A model generated the notes under the pieces. That model was not told where the DNA came from. It saw only the letters and a program-made list of their open reading frames with translations, and did no database searches. A DNA stretch of 51,964 nt from Actinomycetota bacterium (GTDB taxonomy: Bacteria > Actinomycetota > UBA4738 > CALAEC01): positions 1 to 51,964 of the forward strand of contig JBOGVX010000120.1 of assembly GCA_050693165.1 (NCBI GenBank), read 5' to 3'. A program made the position numbers and the translations under genes. Below, piece by piece: positions 1 through 8,179 of the stretch; the first letter of the stretch is position 1, and each line of letters starts with the position of its first letter.

Positions 1-916
1 TGCGAGCCGCGGAGCGCATCGGGCCCCACTGCATGGGTCCGAAGACCGCGTTGGATGCGGCGAACTTGAGGAAGCCGAGCTTCTCGAGCAGGCGGTCCAT
101 GTGCAGCGCTCGCGTGCACGACTGGAACCCGTGGTCCGAGATGAAAAGGACCAGGTCGTCGTCGTTAGCGCACTCGAGGATCCGCCCCAGCGCGTCGTCG
201 AGCAGCCTGTAGACGCTGCGGATGTCCTCCGCGAGGGGCTCCTTGGAGAGCGTCGCGAACTCCGGATGATCCGGCGCGACGTACTTGTCGAGACAGTGCT
301 GCACGCGGTCGGTCGCGACGTAGATGAGTGACGCGAACCGCCAGTCGGTGTTGTCGAGGAGCCACAGGTTGGACTTGGTGCGCGCCTCCGTGAGCTGCCG
401 CGCCTCCTCCACGAAGGGCCCCGGCCGGTGCCTGAAAGTGGTCCAGGACATCCCATTGATCGGGAAGGGCACGCCGGCCTTCTCCAGATCCTGCTCAAGC
501 GAGTGCGGGTAAGTGAACGGGCGGCCCTTCGGCAGGACGCCGCCGCCGATCAGCGCGCCCTCGATCTTGGGAGCCGGGAAGGTAAGGGGGAGGTTCGTCA
601 TGACGATCGGGGTCTCCGCAGCCGCGAGGTCGCCGAGGATCGTCTTCTCCTTGATGGAGCGGTACGTGACGGGGAGGTTCCGCCGCTCGCCGAGCTCCTT
701 CTCGAAGATGTCGTAAACGCCGTGGTTCGAGGGCTCGACGCCCGTCAGGAACGAGGGCCACGCCGCCCAGGAGTGGTTCGGCACGGTCGAGCGCAAGACG
801 CCCTTCGCGCCGCGGTTGGTCAGCGCGGCGAGGTTCGGCAGCAGTCCGGCTTCGATCATCGGGTCGAGGATCCGCCAGTCCGCGCCGTCCCAACCGACAA
901 GGAGGACTCGGGACAT
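1..916 (-). CDS. alkaline-phosphatase-superfamily protein (type I phosphodiesterase/nucleotide pyrophosphatase-like); 3' end lies outside the window
   Basis: Absent from the ORF track because there is no stop in the window. Reverse complement from ATG (916-914) reads MSRVLLVGWDGADWRILDPMIEAGLLPNLAALTNRGAKGVLRSTVPNHSWAAWPSFLTGVEPSNHGVYD and later NDDDLVLFISDHGFQ. These are metal-ligand motifs typical of this fold. The frame stays open to position 1. Confidence 0.7.
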   Translation of the reverse strand, partial: MSRVLLVGWDGADWRILDPMIEAGLLPNLAALTNRGAKGVLRSTVPNHSWAAWPSFLTGVEPSNHGVYDIFEKELGERRNLPVTYRSIKEKTILGDLAAAETPIVMTNLPLTFPAPKIEGALIGGGVLPKGRPFTYPHSLEQDLEKAGVPFPINGMSWTTFRHRPGPFVEEARQLTEARTKSNLWLLDNTDWRFASLIYVATDRVQHCLDKYVAPDHPEFATLSKEPLAEDIRSVYRLLDDALGRILECANDDDLVLFISDHGFQSCTRALHMDRLLEKLGFLKFAASNAVFGPMQWGPMRSAAR

Positions 917-974
917 TGAGCCGTCAGTCTATCGGCTGGCCTGGAGGGCCGACCAAGGACTACGGTTCCCGCCC

Positions 975-1814
975 GTGAGCTATTTGGGCGTGTTCGGCCT
1001 CTGGCTCCAGGAGAAGGAGCTCCTCGGCCGGCCCGACGCGGTCAGGGTCGCCGATGAGCTGACCCGGGTCGCGAAGCGAACAGTGGACGGCGCCTCGATC
1101 CAGCCTGGACAACGAGTGCTCGACCTGGGCTCCGGCACGGGCGCGGTCGCCCTCGCGGCGGCCGACAAGGGCGCGAACGTCGTGGCGGTCGACGTCGACG
1201 GAGTCGCGCTGGCTCGCGGCCGCGAGCTCAGCACGTCCATCCAGGCCCCCGTCCGTCATCTCCGGGCCGACGGGAAGGCGCTGCCTTTCGCCGACGACAG
1301 CTTCGACGTGTCCGTCCATCGCTCCGTGCTGATCTACATGAGATCCCGCGAGAAGGCCATCAGGGAGGAGCGCCGCGTGCTGCGGAACGGAGGGCGCGTG
1401 TCGTGCTCCGAGTCCCTGGGCACCGAGCTGGACCTGGAGACGGAGGACCTGGGGATCGAGCGAGTCTGGAGGGGCGGCCTGAGGGACATCCTCCTCGACT
1501 CGCCGGACGCCTTCATGCTCTCCGCTCCCGCCCTGGAATACCTGTACGTCGAGAACGGCTTCGCGGAGGTATCGATGGCCGCCGTACGGCACGCGGTGAA
1601 GCTCGAGTCTGCGGATGCCGTCGCCCGGGCCTTCGCCGTCAGCCCCCCGGCCGCGCTCTCCGCCCGCGAGCGGTGGCAGCGTGCCGGCATCGCGGCCGGC
1701 CTGATCGACGAGTTCCTGGCCAGGCTTGTGGCGGAGGCGGAGCGGGGCCGGCCGGCGACCCTGACCTCCCTGGAGGGATACCTCACCGCTCGGGCCCGAA
1801 AACTCCGCATCTAG
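975..1814 (+). CDS. class I SAM-dependent methyltransferase
   Basis: ORF 816-1814 contains VLDLGSGTGAVALAAADKGANVVAVDVD (SAM-binding motif I plus acidic loop) and RVLRNGGRV. The 5' part of the ORF overlaps the divergent gene starting at 916, so the start is placed at in-frame GTG 975. The start is uncertain; 984 and 990 are alternatives. Confidence 0.72.
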   Translation: MSYLGVFGLWLQEKELLGRPDAVRVADELTRVAKRTVDGASIQPGQRVLDLGSGTGAVALAAADKGANVVAVDVDGVALARGRELSTSIQAPVRHLRADGKALPFADDSFDVSVHRSVLIYMRSREKAIREERRVLRNGGRVSCSESLGTELDLETEDLGIERVWRGGLRDILLDSPDAFMLSAPALEYLYVENGFAEVSMAAVRHAVKLESADAVARAFAVSPPAALSARERWQRAGIAAGLIDEFLARLVAEAERGRPATLTSLEGYLTARARKLRI

Positions 1815-1816
1815 CA

Positions 1817-1845
1817 GGAGGTTCCACTCCGGGTGTCGAACCTCC
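1817..1845 (+). terminator. possible stem-loop after the methyltransferase gene (GGAGGTTC-N13-GAACCTCC)
   Basis: An 8-bp perfect inverted repeat (1817-1824 / 1838-1845) begins 3 nt after the stop at 1812-1814. There is no U-tract, so function is uncertain. Confidence 0.3.
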
Positions 1846-1897
1846 CTGCCACAACCTAGGCCGCAACCCGGGGATGCGGTCCGAGGGCCGTACACCT

Positions 1898-4201
1898 ATG
1901 ATTCAGCCCACTCCCCGCATGAATCGACGCCCACTGGAAAAGCTCCAAGCGGCGGCCGGTTTCGCGCTGGCAACGCTTCTTGTCGCGATCGGCCTACCTC
2001 TCGCCGGGTCCGTGCTCGCCCAAGAGCCGGCGCCCAGCCCCACCGCGAGTGGAAAGGCTCCCAAGGCCGGCCCCGGAGAGACGCCGGTCCCCGGCCCAAC
2101 TGGGTCCGGGACCCCCACGCCCTCCCCCTCCCCCACGATCGCCGCCGGCGCCAAGAGCATCACGGACACCGAGTACCTGAACGTCCACATCGACGAAACC
2201 GGTGCGGCCGGCGACGCCGTGCTGAAGGACTGGCTCCGCGTTCGGGGGCCCGCGGGGGCGCCGATCACCGTCGTCGACCCGGTCATGGTCGAGGACCCGA
2301 AGCCGACGGCGGGAACCCCCAGCCCCGACGAGTCCGACTCCGTGTCCTGGGACGTGACACTGCCCTCGAGCCAGTACACCGACCTCTACTACGAGGGCGC
2401 GGTCCTCCGCGACGAGGAAGGCATGTACATGACCCCGAGGGGTGCGCGACCGCTCCCCGTCGAGGTGGCGATCAAGTACTACACGGGCCCCCCCGGCGCG
2501 GAGTCGCCCGGGGAGTCGAGCGCGTTCCGAGCCGCACGAGGCCCGGCCAAGCTCGTATTCGAGGTCACGAACAAGACACGCCAGATGCAGGAGGTCACCT
2601 ACAGCGACATCCAGACCGGCGAGCAGCAGACGGCGGTCGTGCCGGTGTGGACGCCGTACGTCGTGAAGATCGGACCGATCCTTTTCCCGGACGATCAGTT
2701 CGACCGCATCCAGACCGACGGTGTCGAGTCGCGCGACGTCGCGGGCGGTGGAACAGAGGTCACCTGGACCCTCAACCTCGCGCCCCCCGACTACGACGCC
2801 ACCCAGACTGCCATCGCCCAGTTCCTGGTCGCGGCGCCGGAGATCCCCGAGATCAGGATCGTGGCGCAGCCGCAGTACCCGGCCGCGCAGGCAAAAGCAG
2901 CCTCGCCGGACGAGGTCCAGTTCCAGAAGGGCCGCCGCTCGTTCCTCTACGACGTGTTCGACCTGCTGCGTTCGAACCTGATCTCGCTGACCGGGCTGTT
3001 CGGCCTTCTGGACGACGCGTTCTCGAACCTCGCCATCCCGCTGATCTCCCCCGACAAGGGCAACCGCGAGGCGGGCGAGTTCGACGACCCGAACCAGCTG
3101 TGGGCGCTCTGGACCCTGGCCAAGGGGATGGAGCAGCTCGACCGGGCGCTCAACGTCCTCGACTACTCGCTTCAGCTGTCCCGGGCCGCGGTCAAGGGCC
3201 AGATAGCCACGCTCTCACAGATGCGCCTGCTGCTCGGCAAGTCGACCGACATACCCGCGGTAGATGTTGTCTCGCTCCTGACGCCGCCGCCGTGCCTTCC
3301 CCTCTGCACACCAGCCGACATCGAGGCCTACCTCGAAGGCGTAGCAGGAGGAGCCGAGGGCCTGCTCGAGGAGATCCTCGGCGGATCGATCTGGCAGAAC
3401 ATCAAGGACCTCGAGTCGCTGCTCGGCTGCATCGACTGCGCCGAGGACACTCAACCGTTCCTGCCCGAGGCGCCCGCGTCGGTGACTCCCACATGTCCTC
3501 AGTGCGCGGTGATGCTTTCGATCATCCGGCTCAAGCTCGCCCTGTTCGAGCAGAACCTGACCGCGCTCCAGAAGGAGGATCACTCGAACCAGCTCGCGAC
3601 ATTCACCGGTGTCAGCAACACCGCCGAGTCGACGCTGGCGAACGACTGGCGCAAGTTCACGACGATCACGTTCCCGTTCGGGCTCGAAGAGCTCGACGAC
3701 GGCCTGTATCACCTGAAGGTCGACGGTATCGACCTCGTGCAGCAGGCCCTGGGCAACGAGGACCAGCCCAACTCGATCATCTGGGCGATGCACGTTCTGA
3801 CCGACGGGATGGAGTCGCTCTCCGACTCCTTCCATCAGCTCGGAAGCACGTGGCGCTACCTCGCCGACTCGATCCAGAACTTCGGCATCTTCGGGGTTGA
3901 GACCGCGCAGAACACGCTCCAGCTCGACATCAACCAGATCGATCTCAAGAGCGCACAACGGGCCGCGACAGCATCTCGCGTCAGCGGCGAGACCCCGACG
4001 ACGTTCATGGGCTCGCCGGCTAGCTCGAAGGAAGTGCCGGTGGACACGCAGTTCGTGCTTGTCTTCTCGACCGAGGAGCCGGAGCTCACGGTCAGCAGCC
4101 CGCTCTCCTCGGCGGCCGGCAAGGCGGCGGTGGCGGGGGCGTTCCTGGCCTTGATCCTGGCGCTCCTCGCGTTCGCGAGATTCAGGTGGCACCTGCTATG
4201 A
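1898..4201 (+). CDS. large secreted / C-terminally membrane-anchored surface protein, function unknown
   Basis: The long ORF 1403-4201 is trimmed to ATG 1898 (GAGGG lies 10 nt upstream; ATG 1919 is an alternative). N-terminus MIQPTPRMNRRPLEKLQAAAGFALATLLVAIGLPLAGSVLAQE is signal-like, followed by a Pro/Thr/Ser linker. The C-terminal half looks helical and carries three Cys pairs. The last 35 aa form a hydrophobic helix plus RFRWHLL. Confidence 0.7.
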   Translation: MIQPTPRMNRRPLEKLQAAAGFALATLLVAIGLPLAGSVLAQEPAPSPTASGKAPKAGPGETPVPGPTGSGTPTPSPSPTIAAGAKSITDTEYLNVHIDETGAAGDAVLKDWLRVRGPAGAPITVVDPVMVEDPKPTAGTPSPDESDSVSWDVTLPSSQYTDLYYEGAVLRDEEGMYMTPRGARPLPVEVAIKYYTGPPGAESPGESSAFRAARGPAKLVFEVTNKTRQMQEVTYSDIQTGEQQTAVVPVWTPYVVKIGPILFPDDQFDRIQTDGVESRDVAGGGTEVTWTLNLAPPDYDATQTAIAQFLVAAPEIPEIRIVAQPQYPAAQAKAASPDEVQFQKGRRSFLYDVFDLLRSNLISLTGLFGLLDDAFSNLAIPLISPDKGNREAGEFDDPNQLWALWTLAKGMEQLDRALNVLDYSLQLSRAAVKGQIATLSQMRLLLGKSTDIPAVDVVSLLTPPPCLPLCTPADIEAYLEGVAGGAEGLLEEILGGSIWQNIKDLESLLGCIDCAEDTQPFLPEAPASVTPTCPQCAVMLSIIRLKLALFEQNLTALQKEDHSNQLATFTGVSNTAESTLANDWRKFTTITFPFGLEELDDGLYHLKVDGIDLVQQALGNEDQPNSIIWAMHVLTDGMESLSDSFHQLGSTWRYLADSIQNFGIFGVETAQNTLQLDINQIDLKSAQRAATASRVSGETPTTFMGSPASSKEVPVDTQFVLVFSTEEPELTVSSPLSSAAGKAAVAGAFLALILALLAFARFRWHLL

Positions 4202-4884
4202 GGACGCGCGCCGCCGCTCTAGCGTTCCTACTCCTCTCTCTGCTCGTGTCGTGCGGAACTCCCAATGGCACGTCGGGCTCGGGTTCGGAAACGTCCGAGC
4301 TCGAGGCGACGGGCGAGATCCCCCAGCTGGAGACCGGGCCCGAGGAGGTCGGAGGCGCGGCCGGAGCCGCGGAGGGCTTCGGAGAGGAGGCAGTGTCGAC
4401 GGCCGAGGCGACTCCCGAGGGTCTTCACATCGCCACCGTTCAGGTCGCGCCGACCACGCCCGAGCTCGTCGACGCCATCAACTTCACGGGGTTCAAGTCC
4501 GGCGGGCCTAATGCCCTGATCGAGCTGCCGGTCTACGGCCTCAACGAGCGCCAGAACCTCTACTACCTGGTCGTCCCGGTGATCAACGAGGGCAAGGAGG
4601 AGGTCCGCAACCTCGAGGGACGCGCGGAGTTCTTCGACGACCGCGGCCGCCTGATCTGGGAGGAGACGGTCTTCCTCACCCACCTCCCCACCCGGCTACA
4701 GCTGAACCCGCCCTCGTTGCCAAACAAGGACGAGCCGCAACCCGAGCTCTCGGAGGAAGCCTCGAACTACCCGCTCTACTACATACCGACGAACATGGGC
4801 CTTTTCGTCTTCGCGGTTCCCGACCCCGCCGTCGCTCCGAACGTTAAGTCCTGGAGCCTGAGCTTCCTGGTGAGCCAGGTATGA
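4198..4884 (+). CDS. lipoprotein, function unknown
   Basis: The ATG at 4198 overlaps the upstream TGA (ATGA). MRTRAAALAFLLLSLLVSCG gives a lipobox (LVSC), followed by an acidic low-complexity linker. Confidence 0.7.
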   Translation: MRTRAAALAFLLLSLLVSCGTPNGTSGSGSETSELEATGEIPQLETGPEEVGGAAGAAEGFGEEAVSTAEATPEGLHIATVQVAPTTPELVDAINFTGFKSGGPNALIELPVYGLNERQNLYYLVVPVINEGKEEVRNLEGRAEFFDDRGRLIWEETVFLTHLPTRLQLNPPSLPNKDEPQPELSEEASNYPLYYIPTNMGLFVFAVPDPAVAPNVKSWSLSFLVSQV

Positions 4885-6146
4885 GGACACGTGCCGCGAT
4901 CGCTCTCGGCCTGGCCCTGCTCGCAACCGCGTGCAGCGAGTCGGCGAGCACACCCGTGGCCGGACCGACCGGCAGCCCGGGAGCGACTCCGGCCGGAACC
5001 AAGATCGGGCTGCTGTACACGATCTCCGACATCGGCGGCGAGTTCGCTCAGGCGGCGCTGGGCGCCTCGACGCTGGCCACCGAGGACGCACCGACGCGCG
5101 GTCTCGCCATCGAGGTCGTCTCTCGCGACTACGCCGGCAGCGCCAAGCGCGCCGCACAGCTCGCGCAGCAGCTCGCCGACGCGGGCGTCGCGGGCATCGT
5201 TGTGGCCTCCGACGACCCGGCCCTCGTGCCGGCGCTGTCCGGCTTCGATGCGGTGCCGGTCGTGCACGCACTTCTGGCGGACGACGACGCGGTGGACTCC
5301 TCGACGAGCACCTTCCGGGTGGCTCCCTCGAACCGCCTGCAGGCCGAGAAGCTCGCGGACTACCTGGTCGGCGAGCGCGGCCTGGGCAGGCTGGCCATCC
5401 TGCACGACGACAGCGCCTTTGGTTCGGAGGGCGCCGACGACATCGAGGAGGCGCTGGACGAGCAGGGCGCAACAGTGGTGCTGCGCCATCCCTTCAAGGT
5501 CGGCGGCGACATCCACACCCCGATCACGAACGCCGGACAGCTCGGCGCCGACGGCATGGTGCTCTGGACCCGCGAGAGCAGCGAGGCCGGGCGCATCACG
5601 ATCGAGGTGCAGAAGGCCAACCAGGGCTACCAGCTCATCCTTTCCGGCAACCTGGCCACGTTCGACTACGGCAAGAACGCCGCGAGTCAGGTCGTGCCGG
5701 TCGCCTTCCGTGACGGGATCCTGTCGGTGGGCACGTGGGCCGGACCGTGGTTCGAGCTCGACCGCATGCGCGGCTTCTACGAGCGGTTCCGCTCCACCAA
5801 CAACGTCGAGGCGCCGTTCCAGGCCGTGCAGGTCTACGACGCGATCCTGCTGCTGGCCGAGGCCGCGGATGACGCGGGCAGCTCCGACCCGGCCCAAGTG
5901 ACGAGCGCCGTCGAGGAGATCACGGGCTTCGAGGGGGCCGGCGTTCCGATCTCCTTCTCCTCCAACGACCACGAGGGGATCGGGATGGAGGACATGGCGA
6001 TCCTGGCGTTCACGAAGGACCAGGCCTCCGCCGGCGGGGACTTCGCGCCCGAGATCAGCACCGGAGGCGGCTTCTTCACGATCGACACGCGCACGATCAC
6101 GCTCCCGGACGATCTCGCCTACCTGTTGGAAGGGCTGGTCATATGA
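4881..6146 (+). CDS. type I periplasmic-binding-protein lipoprotein (LivK/LivJ-like branched-chain amino-acid binding fold)
   Basis: ATGA overlap with the upstream gene. MRTRAAIALGLALLATACS is a lipobox. The body (KIGLLYTISDIGGEFAQAALGA..., FRVAPSNRLQAEKLADYL, LAILHDDSAFG) follows the Leu/Ile/Val-binding-protein pattern. Confidence 0.8.
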   Translation: MRTRAAIALGLALLATACSESASTPVAGPTGSPGATPAGTKIGLLYTISDIGGEFAQAALGASTLATEDAPTRGLAIEVVSRDYAGSAKRAAQLAQQLADAGVAGIVVASDDPALVPALSGFDAVPVVHALLADDDAVDSSTSTFRVAPSNRLQAEKLADYLVGERGLGRLAILHDDSAFGSEGADDIEEALDEQGATVVLRHPFKVGGDIHTPITNAGQLGADGMVLWTRESSEAGRITIEVQKANQGYQLILSGNLATFDYGKNAASQVVPVAFRDGILSVGTWAGPWFELDRMRGFYERFRSTNNVEAPFQAVQVYDAILLLAEAADDAGSSDPAQVTSAVEEITGFEGAGVPISFSSNDHEGIGMEDMAILAFTKDQASAGGDFAPEISTGGGFFTIDTRTITLPDDLAYLLEGLVI

Positions 6147-8179
6147 GGCCGAGACTCGTGATTGCACTCGCGCTGGCAACGGCACTCTGCATGCCGGCTA
6201 CGGTGTCGGCGTCGCCGGGCAGCTACCAGAGGGACTGGCCGGTCTCCGGAGGCGGGGACACCCTGAGAACGGGATACAACCCTCAGGAGCCGACGCCGTA
6301 CTTCACGAACGGGCATGAGTTCCAGCCGAACCCCGAGTGGGTCACGAAGCTCTCCGACTTCCCCTCGGGCGTGTTCATCGGCGGCGGCCTGATCGTCGTC
6401 GAGGGGCTCGTTATCGTCACCGGAGCCTCGACGAACTCGCTGGTCGCGCTCGATCAGGACACCGGCCTGCCGGTCTGGCGGTTCTCGCCCGATCCTCGAG
6501 GCAGCAAGTACTTCCCCGGTGACGGATATGCGGGCGCTTACCCCGGCCTCAACCATCCTCACTATCACGAGGGCAACGTCTTCGTGACGTTCTCCAACGG
6601 GACGCTCTACTCGCTCGATGCCAGCACCGGTGAACGGGTGTGGCGCTGGGAGGTGCCCGCCGCGGGAGCTCCGGGCGAGGTGAAGGACCACGTGCTCGAC
6701 CCGAAGATCCCGTTCGACTACCACAACCCCAAGCACCGGGAGACGCCGCTCCGCCCCGAGGTTGCCCCCTATACCGGTGACTACGCGAAGTTCCACTCGG
6801 CGGTGAACATATGCACCGACGAGGACCTCGTCATCGTCGAGACGCTCGACGGGCGAGTGTTCGCGGTCGACACGAACAACGGGAACACGATCTGGCACAG
6901 GTACGTCGGCGCTCCGGACTGGCCGGGCGAGTTCAACTGGCCCGAGGAACCCGAGGGCGGGATCACGCCCGCTTCGGGACGCTCGACCCGCAGGTTCGAG
7001 GCACGTCCCGGGGTCGGTTGCCTGGACGACTACATCCTCGCGCCGGTCGAGGACGGCTTCTTCAAGCTGTTCGACAACGACACCGGCCGTTTCCTCGGCG
7101 CGTACGACACGTTCCACCCCGGAGACCTTGGGTTCGCTCACGACGCGGTGGCCGGGATCGCCGATCCCAAGTCTCACGACATCTTCCTCGAGACGCTTTC
7201 GAACAGGCTCGTCCGGCTGTCGCTCCCCGACCTCGTTCCTCGCTGGCAGCACTTCGAGGATGGGGGGACGCTCTCGATCTGCGAGGACCGGCTGGACAGG
7301 TCCACATGCTCGGTCCTGCCCACCACCGAGGGCGGGAAGCAGGACGGCCCGATCGGCGGCTCCGTCTTCGGCGGGAACAGCGCGCTCGACTACCAGAGGC
7401 GGGTCCTCGCCAGCCCGAACGAGGACGGGCACCTCTACATCTGGAAGGGCATCGACGTCAGGGGTCAGAACCCGACGCTTGTTGCGAAGGTGCCCACAGG
7501 GCTGAACCCCCACTCGAAGTCGAACCCGAAGCCGAACTCGATCTCCCACTACCTGCCACGGGACGGGAAGAACCCCCCCTGGCAGCACCGGACCTCCGTC
7601 ATCGCGACCGTGGTGATGGGCGGCGGCATCATCTACTTCCCTGCCACATGGGAGCACGCGATGTACGGCGTGCAGTACCTGCAGAACGGCAGGCTCATGG
7701 CGAAACCCAAGATCGTGTTCCGTTACGAGGTCATGTGGGACGACACGTTCCGCTACCCGCCGTTCGGCGACACGTTCGATAAGCCGATCGTCGACATCGA
7801 CCTGCTCCTCATGGGAGGACCGGCCGTGACGGACGGCCACCTCTACTTCGTGGCGAACGACGGAAGCGTGTACGCGTTCGACCTGCACAACCCGACGGCC
7901 GACACCCAGCGGAACCTCGCGATCCTCGGCTCGGGGATCGTGCCGTTCCTGCCCACGTGGGACGAGCCCCTCGGCAGCTTCGACCGCGTCTGGACCACCG
8001 CGGACTGGTACAAGAACCAGGTCGCCCCGAGCGAGGGCTGGCGGCTCCCGGCCCCCGGCCAGATCGCCCCGTTCGGCCTGCCGGTCGCTCTGTTCGGGTG
8101 GTGGCTCAGGCGAAGATCGCGCCGCCGCGGATCGAGCGTGAAGACCGGCGGCCATTGGGAGGGCACCGAATGGCCGTAA
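6143..8179 (+). CDS. PQQ-like (BamB-type) beta-propeller repeat protein with C-terminal LPAPG / hydrophobic / Arg-rich sorting-signal-like tail
   Basis: ATGA overlap with the upstream gene. The signal peptide is MRPRLVIALALATALCMPATVSA. Repeated blades fit the motif x-ALD-x-x-TG-x-x-W: LVALDQDTGLPVWRF, LYSLDASTGERVWRW, VFAVDTNNGNTIWHRY. The C-terminus reads RLPAPGQIAPFGLPVALFGWWLRRRSRRRG. Confidence 0.8.
   Translation: MRPRLVIALALATALCMPATVSASPGSYQRDWPVSGGGDTLRTGYNPQEPTPYFTNGHEFQPNPEWVTKLSDFPSGVFIGGGLIVVEGLVIVTGASTNSLVALDQDTGLPVWRFSPDPRGSKYFPGDGYAGAYPGLNHPHYHEGNVFVTFSNGTLYSLDASTGERVWRWEVPAAGAPGEVKDHVLDPKIPFDYHNPKHRETPLRPEVAPYTGDYAKFHSAVNICTDEDLVIVETLDGRVFAVDTNNGNTIWHRYVGAPDWPGEFNWPEEPEGGITPASGRSTRRFEARPGVGCLDDYILAPVEDGFFKLFDNDTGRFLGAYDTFHPGDLGFAHDAVAGIADPKSHDIFLETLSNRLVRLSLPDLVPRWQHFEDGGTLSICEDRLDRSTCSVLPTTEGGKQDGPIGGSVFGGNSALDYQRRVLASPNEDGHLYIWKGIDVRGQNPTLVAKVPTGLNPHSKSNPKPNSISHYLPRDGKNPPWQHRTSVIATVVMGGGIIYFPATWEHAMYGVQYLQNGRLMAKPKIVFRYEVMWDDTFRYPPFGDTFDKPIVDIDLLLMGGPAVTDGHLYFVANDGSVYAFDLHNPTADTQRNLAILGSGIVPFLPTWDEPLGSFDRVWTTADWYKNQVAPSEGWRLPAPGQIAPFGLPVALFGWWLRRRSRRRGSSVKTGGHWEGTEWP

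Noticed and set aside
1403-1897. 5' extension of the large surface-protein ORF (the track gives a 932-aa ORF from 1403).
   Set aside because: The extension overlaps the methyltransferase gene in another frame and translates to Arg/Pro/Gly-rich sequence. A signal-peptide-like N-terminus with an RBS begins at 1898.
6119-8155. 678-aa minus-strand ORF mirroring the beta-propeller gene. Similar long antisense ORFs occur at 4779-6185, 12834-14813, 26987-28789, 31257-33230, 44903-47602 and 48820-50571.
   Set aside because: Their translations are Arg/Pro/Gly/Asp-rich low-complexity strings with no motifs. They lie exactly opposite genes with strong family signatures. This is the typical stop-codon-poor shadow-frame effect of high-GC DNA.
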